NCBI GenBank assembly: GCA_030390025.1
Contig: CM059432.1
Span: 134,542,001 to 134,606,000, forward strand
Source: Squalus acanthias
Lineage: Eukaryota
Reading direction: 5' to 3'
DNA length: 64,000 nucleotides
Made by a program: the position numbers and the translations under genes. How positions within the stretch are numbered: position 1 is the first letter of the stretch; every line of letters starts with the position of its first letter. The notes beneath the pieces are model-generated. The model worked only from the letters and a program-made list of their open reading frames with translations, searched no databases and was not told the origin of the DNA. Below, one piece after another: positions 52,159-63,315 of the stretch.

Positions 52159-52437
52159 AGGGAATATTAGCCCAGGATTCCTCCTTGTGATTGTTATCCC
52201 ACACCCTCAATTCACAGTGTCACCAGCAAAGTGATTAGCTTGAAAGAGTTACTGGGTGTGACAGTGTGAAGGATATTAAATAACATTAGTAGGGTATTAG
52301 TCAATAATTCAGGGTGTTTCAGGAATTTTGTTTCTTATTATCCATATGTGTTAGTTCAGCTTTCTCACTGTGTTGGGCTCAGTAACTTCCCCTAGACAGT
52401 ACTCCTGATCATACAGCAGTTAGTTGGTCGGCACATT

Positions 52438-52918
52438 TTGAACTCATCCAAAACTCGGCTGCCCGTGTCCTAACTCGCACCAAGTCCCGTTCACCCATCA
52501 CCCCTGTGCTCGCTGACCTACACTGGCTCCCGGTCTGGCAACGCCTCAATTTTAAAATTCACATCCATGTTTTCAAATCACTCCATGGCCTCGCCCCCCC
52601 CCTCCCTATCTCTGTAACCTCCTCCAAACCTCCCAGATATCTGTACTCCTCCAATTCTGGCCTCTTGCGCATCCCCGATTTTCATCGTTCCACCATTGGT
52701 GGCTGGGCCGTCAGCTGCCTAGGCCCTAAGCTCTGGAATTCCCTCCCTAAACCTTTCTGCCTCTCTCTCCTTCTTTAAGACGCTCATTAAATCCTACCTC
52801 TTTGACCAAGCTTTTGCTCACCAGTCCTAATATCTCTTTATGTAGCTCGGTGTCAAATTTTGTTTGATAATGCTCCTGTGAAGTGCCTTGGGACCAAGAG
52901 GTGCTATGTAAAAGCAAT
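52438..52918 (+). mobile_element. L2 3' portion
   Basis: LADLHWLPVWQRLNFKI…SLHGLAP. Confidence 0.9.
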
Positions 52919-52919
52919 T

Positions 52920-53340
52920 TTTAAAAAATTTGTTTATGGGATGTGGGCGTCGCTGGCAAGGCCAGCATTTATTGCCCATCCCTAATTGCCCTTGAGAAGG
53001 TGGTGGTGAGCCACCTTGTTGAACCGCTGCAGTCCGTGTGGTGGAGGTACTCCCACAGTGCTGTTAGGGAGAGAGTTCGAGGATTTTGACCCAGCGACGA
53101 TGAAGGATCGGCGATATACTTCTAAGTCAGGATGGTGTGTGACTTGGAGGGGAACTTAGAGGTGGTGGTGTTCCCATGCGCCTGCTGCCCTTGTCCTTCT
53201 AGGTGGAAGAGATCGTGGGTTTGGGAGGTGCTGCCGAAGAAGCCTTGGTGAGTTGCTGAAGTGCATCTTGTAGATGGTACACACTGCAGCCACGGTGGAG
53301 GGAGTGAATGTTTAAGGTGGTGGATGGGGTGCCAATCAAG
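52920..53340 (-). mobile_element. 3' end of second CR1-group family
   Basis: Reverse complement of the 27425-27841 type sequence. Confidence 0.88.
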
Positions 53341-54291
53341 TTGTTGTTGCTGTTCTTCATCATGTATTTTCAATGGGAATGCATAATGTCAGGTGTAACA
53401 CAGACCTTGTGTTGAACGCTGTTGTCAAATACTCAAAGGGCTTACATTATTTCACAAACGAACAAAATATAAAATGCAAAAGTCACTAATTGTCAATATG
53501 TTTTAGGCTGAATTCTTGCTGTTAAACATTTTATCCAAAATGGTTTTCCTCAGCTAACTAGCAATCCTGCTGAACTTTTAAAAAGGTGGGCCCTGCTTGG
53601 AATCAAGACAGCCATGGATAATACATTCAGACACAATGTCAACAGCTAGCAAGTAGAATCTCATTATGTACCAGGAATGGAATGCAGCAATTCAACTTTC
53701 ATAAAATGGATGTGAAATATTTCATAATTAGTAATGATGGTTTTGCATTATTAATATACTCATTATAACATGATCTGTGTACCAACAAAAGTTTCTGAAA
53801 TGCAGAACAGCCAGGGTTACACTCCCCCTCATTATCCATTAAAAATAATCTTCTGTGAAGTGTTAATCCAACAGCAGAGCTACATATTCGGATGGTTGCA
53901 ATCTTTCCCAGTCTGCGCGCCGACACAGAATAGCACATCTGCACCTGATGTCTCTTTCACCTCTCACCCGCATCATTGCTGGGCTTAGCAGTAAAGCTCA
54001 CTAAAATTTTATTTAATGAGCAGCGTACCTTTCCATTGGGCAGTACTTTTAACATAAGAACATAAGAACATAAGAAATAGGAGCAGGAGTAGGCCAATCG
54101 GCCCCTCGAGCCTGCTCCGCCATTCAATAAGATCATGGCTGATCTGATCCTAACCGCCAATCTACTATCTATCACAGAACCATCTCCTGCATCTAACAGA
54201 ATTGCACACACGAAATAGGAGCAGAATCAGGCTACACAGTCCCTGGGCCCGCTCCACTACCCACAGGGCCATGACCGATCCGAACCTAGAC

Positions 54292-57243
54292 TCATGTCCA
54301 AATTCCTGCCCGCTCCCCGTAACCCTTAATGCCCTTTACTTCTAGGAAACTGTCTATTTCTGTTTTAAATTTAATTAATGTTGTAGCTTCTACAGCTTTT
54401 TGTGGCAGCATATTCCATGGACCTACCACCCTCTGAGTGAAGTAGTTCCTCCTCATCTCAGTTTTGAAAGAGCAGCCCCTTATTCTAAGACTATGTCCCC
54501 TAGTTCTCGTCTCACCCGTCATCGGGAACATCCTCCCCGCATCCACCCGATCCAACCCCTTCACAATCTTATATGTTTCAATAAGATCGCCTCTCATTCT
54601 TCTGAACTCCAATGAGTAGAGTCCCAATCTACCCAACCTCTCCTCATATGACCACCCCCTCATCCCCGGGATTAACCGAGTGAACCTTTTTTGCACTGCC
54701 TCGAGAGCAAGGATGTCTTTCCTTAAGTAAGGACACCAAAACTGTATGCAGTATTCCAGGTGCGGTCTCACCAATACCTTGTACAACTGAAGCAATACCT
54801 CCCTATTTTTATATTCTATCCCCCTAGCAATGAAAGCCAACATTCCATTTGCCTTCTTAATCACTTGCTGCACCTGCATACTAACCTTTTGAGTTTCGTG
54901 CACCAGGACCCCCAGATCCCTTTGCACTTCAGTACTCTCCAGTTTCTTGCCATTAAGATAATAAATTGCTCGAGGATTTTTCCTGCCAAAGTGCATCACC
55001 TCACACTTTCCAGTGTTGTATTCCATCTGCCAAATCTCTGCCCACTTACTTAACCTGTCTATGTCCCCTTGCAGGTTTTTTATGTCCTCCTCACTCACTA
55101 CTTTCCCTCCCATCTTTGTATCATCTGCAAATGTTGATATGTTACACTTGGTCCCTTCCTCCAAATCGTTAATATAGATTGTGAAGAGTTGGGGACCCAG
55201 CACTGACCCCTGTGGAACACCACTAGTTACTGATTGCCAGTCTGAGAATGAACCATTTATCCCAACTCTTTGCTTTCTGTTAGATAGCCAATCCTCTATC
55301 CATGCCAGAATATTACCCCCAATCCCGTGATTTTTTACCTTAAGCAATAATCTTTTGTGTGGCACCTTGTCAAATGCCTTTTGGAAGTCTAAATACACTA
55401 CGTCCACTGGTTCCCCTTTATCCACTCTATATGTTACTTCCTCAAAGAACTCCAGCAAATTTGTCAAACATGACTTCCCCTTCGTAAAACCATGCTGACT
55501 TTGTCCTATTAAATTATGATTATCCAAATGTCCTGTTACTGTTTCCTTAATAATGGACTCCAAAATTTTACCTACCACAGATGTTAGGCTAACCGGTCTA
55601 TAGTTACCAGCCTTCTGTCTGCTGCCCTTTTTAAATAAGGGTGTTACATTAGCAGTTTTCCAGTCTGCCGGGACCTTAGCGGAATCCAGGGAGTTTTGAA
55701 AAATTATTACCAATGCATCTACAATCCCTACCGCCACTTCTTTCAAGACTCTAGGATGTAAGCCATCAGGTCCAGGTGATTTATCCGCCTTGAGTCCCAT
55801 TATTTTACCGAGTACCACTTCCTTAGTGATTTTGATCGTGTTTAGCTCCTCTCCCCCTATAGCCCCCTGTTTGTCCAGTGTTGGGATATTCTTAGTGTCC
55901 TCTACTGTAAAGACTGATACAAAATATTCATTCAGTGTTTTTGCCATCTCCATATTTCCCACCATTAATTTCCCGGTCTCATCCTCTAAGGGACCAACAT
56001 TTACTTTAGCCACCCTTTTTCTTTTTATATAACTATAAAAACTCTTACTATCTGTTTTTATATTTTTTGCTAATTTACTTTCATAATCTATCTTCCCTTT
56101 CTTAATCAATCTTTTTGTTATTTTTTGCTGCCTTTTAAAGTTTTCCCAATCCTCTGTCCTCCCACTAGATTTCGCTACCTTATATGCCCTTGTTTTTAGT
56201 CGAATACTATCCTTAATTTCTTTACTTAGCCACGGATGACTGTCCTTTCTTTTACACCCTTTTCTTTTCAGTGGAATATATTTTTTTTGGAAGTTGTAAA
56301 ATAACTCCTTGAATGTACACCACTGATCATGTGTCGTCTTACCCTTTAATCTATTTTCCCAATCCACTCTACTCAATTCCGCTCGCATACCTTCATAGTC
56401 TCCTTTATTCAAGCTTAGCACGCTTGTTTGAGATCCAACCTTCTCACCCTCTAATTGAATATGGAATTCAACCATGTTATGGTCACTCATTCCAAGGGGA
56501 TCCTTTACTAGGACATTTTTAATTAATCCTGTCTCGTTACACAGGACCAGATCTAAGGTTGCTTGCCCCCTGGTCGGTTCAGTTACATACTGCTCAAGAA
56601 ACCCATCCCTAATACACTCAATGAACTCATCCTCAAGGCAGCCCTGCCCCATTTGATTTGTCCAATTAATATGATAGTTAAAATCCCCCATAATTATAGA
56701 TGTTCCCTTATTACATGCCTCAACTATTTCCTGATTGATACTCCGTCCAATAGAGTTGCAACTGTTCGGAGGCCTATAGACTACGCCCACTAATGTTTTT
56801 TTCCCCTTATTATTCCTTATCTCCACCCAAACTGTTTCATTATCATGATTTTTTGACCCAATATCATTACTCTGTATTACAGTGATTCCTTCCTTTATTA
56901 ACATAGCCACCCCACCTCCCCTTCCTTCCTGCCTGTCCTTCCTGATCGTTAAATAACCTGGTATGTTTAATTCCCAGGCATTGTCACCCTGCAGCCATGT
57001 TTCTGTAATGGCCACAATATCATAACCATATGTAGTTATTTGTGCCATTAACTCGTCTATTTTGTTACGAATGCTACGTGCATTCAGATAGAGAACTTTC
57101 AAATATGCTTTGTGGCACTTAGTTCCTGCTTTTTCACTTTTTACCAGTTTACCTTTTACTCCACACACTCTGTCCCTTCCTGCCACGCTCTGATTTGTGA
57201 TTCCCCTACTGCTACCTATGTCTATGACCCTCTCTGTTGTCAT
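54292..57243 (-). CDS. CR1 ORF2, AP-endonuclease plus reverse transcriptase, 983 aa, uninterrupted
   Basis: YLNARS, ITETWL, GDFN, LDLVL, SDH; QHGF, YLDFQKAFDKVPH, GVPQGSVLGP, FADD. Confidence 0.95.
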   Translation of the reverse strand: MTTERVIDIGSSRGITNQSVAGRDRVCGVKGKLVKSEKAGTKCHKAYLKVLYLNARSIRNKIDELMAQITTYGYDIVAITETWLQGDNAWELNIPGYLTIRKDRQEGRGGGVAMLIKEGITVIQSNDIGSKNHDNETVWVEIRNNKGKKTLVGVVYRPPNSCNSIGRSINQEIVEACNKGTSIIMGDFNYHINWTNQMGQGCLEDEFIECIRDGFLEQYVTEPTRGQATLDLVLCNETGLIKNVLVKDPLGMSDHNMVEFHIQLEGEKVGSQTSVLSLNKGDYEGMRAELSRVDWENRLKGKTTHDQWCTFKELFYNFQKKYIPLKRKGCKRKDSHPWLSKEIKDSIRLKTRAYKVAKSSGRTEDWENFKRQQKITKRLIKKGKIDYESKLAKNIKTDSKSFYSYIKRKRVAKVNVGPLEDETGKLMVGNMEMAKTLNEYFVSVFTVEDTKNIPTLDKQGAIGGEELNTIKITKEVVLGKIMGLKADKSPGPDGLHPRVLKEVAVGIVDALVIIFQNSLDSAKVPADWKTANVTPLFKKGSRQKAGNYRPVSLTSVVGKILESIIKETVTGHLDNHNLIGQSQHGFTKGKSCLTNLLEFFEEVTYRVDKGEPVDVVYLDFQKAFDKVPHKRLLLKVKNHGIGGNILAWIEDWLSNRKQRVGINGSFSDWQSVTSGVPQGSVLGPQLFTIYINDLEEGTKCNISTFADDTKMGGKVVSEEDIKNLQGDIDRLSKWAEIWQMEYNTGKCEVMHFGRKNPRAIYYLNGKKLESTEVQRDLGVLVHETQKVSMQVQQVIKKANGMLAFIARGIEYKNREVLLQLYKVLVRPHLEYCIQFWCPYLRKDILALEAVQKRFTRLIPGMRGWSYEERLGRLGLYSLEFRRMRGDLIETYKIVKGLDRVDAGRMFPMTGETRTRGHSLRIRGCSFKTEMRRNYFTQRVVGPWNMLPQKAVEATTLIKFKTEIDSFLEVKGIKGYGERAGIWT

Positions 57244-57281
57244 TTTTATTTTTTGCTCTCTTGAAACCTCCCCCCCACTAA

Positions 57282-57485
57282 TTAGTTTAAAGCCCTCTCC
57301 ACAGCCCTAGTTATTCGATTCGCCAGGACACTAGTCCCAGCACTGGCCAAGTGAAGTCCGTCCCAACGGAACAGCTCTCTCCTGCCCCAGTACTGGTGCC
57401 AGTGTCCCAAGAAGCAAAACCCATTTTTCCCACACCAGTCTTTGAGCCACGCATTCAACTCCCTGATTTTATTTACCCTAGCCAA
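57282..57485 (-). pseudogene. C-terminus of CR1 ORF1 (SGNH esterase-like domain)
   Basis: LNAWLKDWC…GFCFLGHW…DGLHL…G (DxxH motif), directly upstream of ORF2. Confidence 0.85.
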
Positions 57486-58644
57486 AGGTTAAGGCACATC
57501 GTGGTATGTCATTTCGGAGTCCAACATTTCAAAATTAGCATATAAACTGGAGATTGCCAATAGCTGCTCTGATAGACATGATGCAGATTATTTAAACAAA
57601 AATCACATCCAAAGAACAATAGGAAATATTTTTACTCACATTATCTGCCCGATTACAAGGGAAGGCTTCAAGTATGGATTTCATGAGCCTCTTTTAAAGT
57701 AGTCCTTTAGAATGTGACCATTTATACCCATTAAAGCACACACATAATGCAAGGAAAGAGTTCAGAGGGATTGACCACTTTAAAATAAAAGGCCATTCTG
57801 AACTGAATAAAATAATTCTCGCGTAACCTGGCAGATAACACCAAGGATCTTTCCTATTATGCCTTGTATGTTTATTTGCAGATTATACAATGAATGACAA
57901 ATCCACCACCTACATAAGTAAAAATTGAGATAAGAGATATAAAATCCTTGAATCCAGAAAACTAAACCTCAGTGTTCCATGCCTCACTGAGGTACAATAT
58001 TTTGTTATCCATTCATCTCTTCGAGCCTGGAAACTCAGATAGATTAAACCACCCACCCACGCCCCCCCCCTCTCAAATGAATATACATGTTGAAGATAAT
58101 CCAATTCCATTTGGCTATGGACAAGAACAACCCGTTTCTTTCTATATCATAATGGTAACTGTTATGTAGCAAGAATTATACAGGTTCAGCTGCTTCCAGT
58201 GTGCTAGACTGCGCAGCAAAATGTGGCCTTATCAATCAAACATATAATACATTGAAAGTTAGACTGCGGTTTCAGTATCAATGTGCAAGTTTCTGCTGAC
58301 TTGTTCTCTTCCCTTTCCATAAATAAAGGCTCAGTGTTAGTGCACACTTGCATGCTCCAGCACTCAGTTGGTGTTGAAAAGCACTAGGAGAGGCAGAGAC
58401 ATCTGTACAGGCTGTTTCTCCCCATCTCTCCCTCGCCCCCCCCACACCCCAACACCTCCATCCCGGCTTTCTTCATCGCCCCCTTCTGGTTTCCCAATAT
58501 GTACCTCTCCTTCCTTGAGTCCGGTAACCCTAATGGGAGGCAGTGTTCTGAAACCAAAGCATTCTCCGACTCGCTCACTGAGGTTTAGCAGGAGAAAACA
58601 ACAGATTGTGAAGGATGATCTCATACCTATATGGAGAAGTCAAG

Positions 58645-58830
58645 AAAAGAGGAGGGGGGGGAAAAAAAGAGATTAGGGTGTCCAGATTTGAATGCTAGCC
58701 AGCGGTCTCTACTGCACAGTGCACGTGTGGAGATGGGGAGGAGGACGGAATTGTTCTCGGCTCTGATGTTCCCCCCATGGTCAAATAGCCTGCCAACACC
58801 CACGGTCATGCCTCACGGTACCAGAGAGCA
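58645..58830 (+). mobile_element. Ancient SINE-like family, 3' part
   Basis: ctctgatgttccccccatggtcaaatagcc resembles 61318-61345. Confidence 0.5.
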
Positions 58831-59814
58831 CACAACACCCAAAGAACTGTACCCTAGCAAGAACGCAAAGGAAGTTGAGAAATTTTTTAAGAAAAACAAA
58901 ACAAAGAAAAAGAATTCTTTAAGGTAGTCACCACAAGATATTGGCTAGTAAAAGTCCACAAAGTTGGGGAGGGCTGAAAGAGAGATAGATAGAGAGAGAA
59001 GCATGCAAATAACAAAAGCAAACTGAACTTCAGAGCACACTGCTGACTTAACAGTGGAAAAGGCAGAAAAACTATTCTTATGAATTCCATGGAGCTATTT
59101 TGATACAGTAGACTATTGGATACATATGATTGATGGGCAGCTAGAAAATGGTGGTGGATGGAGTGGATAGGAGACAGAATTGGGAATACATCATGGAAGG
59201 CATGAGCGGGTACCAATGAGGATGGAGAATTGCTGTTAGAAGCATAAGGAATGCACTTTAAAAAAATCTTCAATGGATTAATTGGAGTTCAAATCTTTCC
59301 CCCTGTTACTCTGATAATTAGGCTAATATATCTCAGCTCCCCAAATAGTGGTATGATAGTAGGGTTCGTGGGATTTCATTGGGACAAATCAAAAATAGAC
59401 TATGGTGCCCATTCATTAATTTAGTCAAGTTGCCCAAAAGAAATGTGCTCAAAAAGTTTTTAAACATCTACAATTAGGTGTTTCTATTGTTTAGAATATG
59501 CGCTTGTCCTGGACATATAATTAGTGAAGAGTAATCTACAATTTCTGCACTGGCTTCTGGTGATATACTTACGCACTAAACATAGGCTATTTCAATATAT
59601 CTGTAAACATTTTTTCTCTACTTTTGTTTCTTACATTATTATTTAATCTGAACATTATATTGAATTTAAAAAATTTATATCTGATGCATTGCCATTGCAT
59701 TTATGTCAGAGGGATTCTTATTATACTGCAGTTCTTAATCCACAACACTTGTTATTGCTAATAAACACAAAAGTTGGATCAGTATTTCTTTACAGCAAAG
59801 AATCAGAATTATTC

Positions 59815-59975
59815 ATGATTCAGTAGTAACTTTCAAAAGGGAATTGGATATATAGTGGAAAAGGAAAAAAATGCAGGGCTATGGGCAAAGGAGTGGGACT
59901 AATTGGCTAGCTCTTTCAAAGAGCCGGCACAGGCACGATGGGCCGAATGGCCTCCTTCTGTGCTGTATCATTCGA
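59815..59975 (+). mobile_element. CR1 3' end
   Basis: gggccgaatggcctccttctgtgctg terminal module. Confidence 0.8.
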
Positions 59976-60038
59976 TGTACAGATGAACCTAGAATCTGCA
60001 GAGACATCACAAATAATGTACAGAAATAATGATTGAAA

Positions 60039-60101
60039 ATGTTGACATGAATGCACTTTAAATGTAGAAACACTACATTAAAAGTGCATTCATGTCAATA
60101 T
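60039..60101. other. Near-perfect hairpin/palindrome
   Basis: 26-bp arms 60042-60067 and 60073-60098 with one mismatch; 5-nt loop. Confidence 0.9.
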
Positions 60102-61104
60102 GACTAAAATCACTTTCTTTCCTCACGTACTTAAGCATTTACAAGAGAACACATCTTCGGCAGTGGTGTTGCAGAACTGTACTAAAGTAACAGTCTTGGC
60201 TGCTCGTCTTGTTCAACGAGTTATTATAGGATAAATAAACTGCTAGAAATTTGAACATCAAACATGTTACGATTTAAAAAAAGTTTAAATCTGAACAGAT
60301 GTAAAATCTGCAAAAGTACAGGGGTAAAGAAAAAAGTGTCAACACTGGAAATCAAGTAAAGATGCATAGCCGGCAGAGTCAGCATCGGAGAGAAAAATTA
60401 TGGGCACATTAGAAAAATAACCTTGCATAACGAACTTAGTGGGAAATAAAGATGCACCTACCTAAATCTGCATTGTGAATAGAAGCATACCAAATCCTGT
60501 CTTAGCCATCATCATTTATTGATAAATATCTTATTCCTGTGGTGAATCACCACACAGAAGAACCACTGACAAGATCCCGTAGATTAAAGCGATTTGATAA
60601 ATAAACGGTGTACCTCGTCACCCAGAAGGGAAAGGCCACGCTCTGCAGCTTTTGCATTTGAAAATTAATCAAGCTTATTTGAAAATAAAAGGTTCGTCTA
60701 GCCACTTGGGTGTCAATTAAAAGCCACACACTGGAAGCTGCAATGCTTTAATGAGATTGTGAAGTAAATAGCATTGCATTATAGGAATAGAAGAAAGAAT
60801 ATTATGAACATTTAGTACCAGGCCAAGAAAAAACTATACATAGAATCATCTGCAAGTCAGGTTTGCTAAATGTTTTTAGAATTTGAGAATACATGAATAC
60901 TATGTTGGAGACCAAACAGTAATTAAAGCACTGGTAGGATAATTACAGCTCATCTTCAGGTTCATTTGGCATATGACATTTCTTGATGAATTCTGTCAGC
61001 ATTCTCTTCCTCTATATTGAAACTGGATGTCTGTTAGGCAAAGTTTCTTTCTGTTTAAATAAAACCTGTCGGGGGTGGGGTGGGCTCTGACAGTCAGCAT
61101 GTTT

Positions 61105-61450
61105 ATCCATCGAGTAGCTGAGTCATACAGACCAAGATCAATTCATGGTCTGTGCTGAGTTAGTTAATCTCAGTCAGGAGAGCAGTAGGGCTGTGCTATA
61201 ATTGCCCTCGTCACCCCAGTTAGGGAGGGGAAAAATCAGCCCACTCCCGATTGCTATCCAGTTTCCTCTGCTGGAAGTCTGAATGTGTGACTATCCAATG
61301 AGAACTGGATCTGTCAGCTGTGATGCTCCTGTGGGCGAATAGCCAGTTAAAGCTGACACTTGAATAATGGCTACTTAGTCAAGGCACCAGAGCGTACCTC
61401 GCACCAGGGAATCGCACGCGGGCAAGGAGTTATCACCTTCAGGAAGTGAA
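61105..61450 (+). mobile_element. Ancient SINE-like family copy
   Basis: Shares core with 23130-23295, 51595-52200 and 58645-58830. Confidence 0.6.
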
Positions 61451-61698
61451 AGATGAAAACAGAGAGAAAACTGAAGAAAAAGATAATAAACCTGAGGGAA
61501 GATGTTACCTTAAATATGAACACAATGAAGATCTTAAATTAAATAGACATAAAACTTTACAAACAGAATAAATTATTCATAGGAAAACAACAGATGCAAC
61601 TACTTCACAAAATAAAATAATTTTTCTTAATAGTAGTGCAATTAGTAGAAGAGGCAAATTGCCACTATACAGTGTGCAAATGTGAGCACCAGTACATC

Positions 61699-63035
61699 AG
61701 AACATAAGAAATAGGAGCAGGAGTAGGCCATTCGGCCCTTCGAGCCTGCTCCGCCATTCAATGAGATCATGGCTGATCTTCTGCCTCAACTCCATTCACC
61801 GGCCCTATCGCCATATCCCTTGATGCCTTTGCTAGTCAGAAATCTATCGACTTCTGTTTTGACTATACCCAATGACTGAACCTCCACAGCCCTCTGGGGT
61901 AGAGAATTCCAAAGATTCACCACCTTCTGTGTGAAGAAATTTATTTTCATCTCAGTCCTGAATGGCCTACCCTTTATCCTGAGGCTGTGGCCCCTGGTTC
62001 TAGACGCCCCAGCCAAGGGAAACATTCTCCCAGCATCCATCCTATCAAGCCCAGTAATAATTTTGTATGCTTCAATGAGATCCCCTCTCATTCTTCTGAA
62101 TTCAAGAGAATACAGGCCTAGTTTACTCAATCTCTTCTCATACGACAGTCCCGCCATCCCAGGAATCAATCTCGTGAACCTTCGTTGCACTCCCTCGATG
62201 GCAAGTATATCCTTCCTTAGGTAAGGAGACCAAAATTGTACACAGTACTCCAGGTGTGGTCTCACTAAGGCCCTATATAATTGGAGTAAGACTTCTTTAC
62301 TCCTGTACTCAAATCCTCTTGTAATGAAGGCCAGCATACCATTTACCTTCCTAATTGTGCAGGTGCACCTGCACATTCACTTTCAGTGACTCATGTACAA
62401 GGACACCCAGGTCCCTTTGAGCATCTGCATTCCCCAACCTTTCACCGTTTAGGAAATACTCTGCCTTTCTGTTTTTTCTACCAAAGTGGATAACTTCACA
62501 TTTATCCACATTATATTCCATCTGCCATGTTCTCGCCCACTCACTGAGCCTGTCGAGATTCCCTTGAAGCCTCTTCACAACTGACACTGCCACCTAGCTT
62601 TGTATCATCAGCAAATTTGGAAATGTTACATTTAGTCCCCTCATCCAAATCATTGATATAGATTGTGAATAGCTGGAGCCCAAGCACCGATCCTTTCGGT
62701 ACCCCACTAGTCACAGCCTGCCATCCTGAAAAAGACTCGTTTATTCCTACTCTTTGTTTTCTGTCTGTTAACCAGTTCTCAATCCATGCTGGTATATTAC
62801 CCCTAATTCCATGTGCCCTAATTTTGTTCACCAACCTCTTGTGTGGGACCTTATCGAAGGCCTTCTGAAAATCCAGATACACCACATCTACTGGCTCCCC
62901 TTTGTCTACTCCACTAGTTACATCCTCAAAGAACTCCAATAGGTTTGTCAAACAGGATTTCCCTTTCATAAATCCATGTTGACTCTGCCCAATCTTACTA
63001 TTAGTTTCTAAGTGGCCAGTTATTGTATCCTTTGT
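61699..63035 (-). mobile_element. CR1 LINE, 5'-truncated, frameshifted
   Basis: ORFs 62541..63065, 62351..62593 and 61786..62376 tile the CR1 RT. Confidence 0.93.
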
Positions 63036-63315
63036 AACGTCACAGTAAGGGAAGATGGTGTGCAAAGTTTTCCCTTACTGGCGTTTGGGCATGATGTCAT
63101 GTCCAGTGGAATTCAGTCACCTCAGAGGGGTTAGAAAGCTGCAAACATCCAGGTCTGAATCACCTATAGAAGAAAAACTATATTTAGCAAGAAATAATCA
63201 ACACTTGGGATTCATTGGGGGCTTGATAGGGTTTGATGAAGAGGGGTGTGAGGAGCATAAACGCCGGCATAAACCAGTTGGGCCGAATGGCTGGTTTCTG
63301 TGCTGTAAATTCTAT

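Larger units (their letters stand above)
54051..57487 (-). mobile_element. Young CR1 LINE, 5'-truncated within ORF1
   Basis: ORF1 end, intact ORF2, 3' UTR and (TTCTTATG)3 tail. Confidence 0.96.

Noticed and set aside
54400..56793. Plus-strand ORFs overlapping CR1 ORF2
   Set aside because: Antisense shadow frames of the retrotransposon ORF.
58364..58927. Host exons in the Pro/Ser-rich ORFs
   Set aside because: No recognisable domain, low complexity, partial overlap with an old SINE, no convincing splice pair.
63043..63080. Hairpin CAGTAAGGGAA/TTCCCTTACTG beside a CR1 5' junction
   Set aside because: Only an 11-bp stem; could be chance or a repeat relic.
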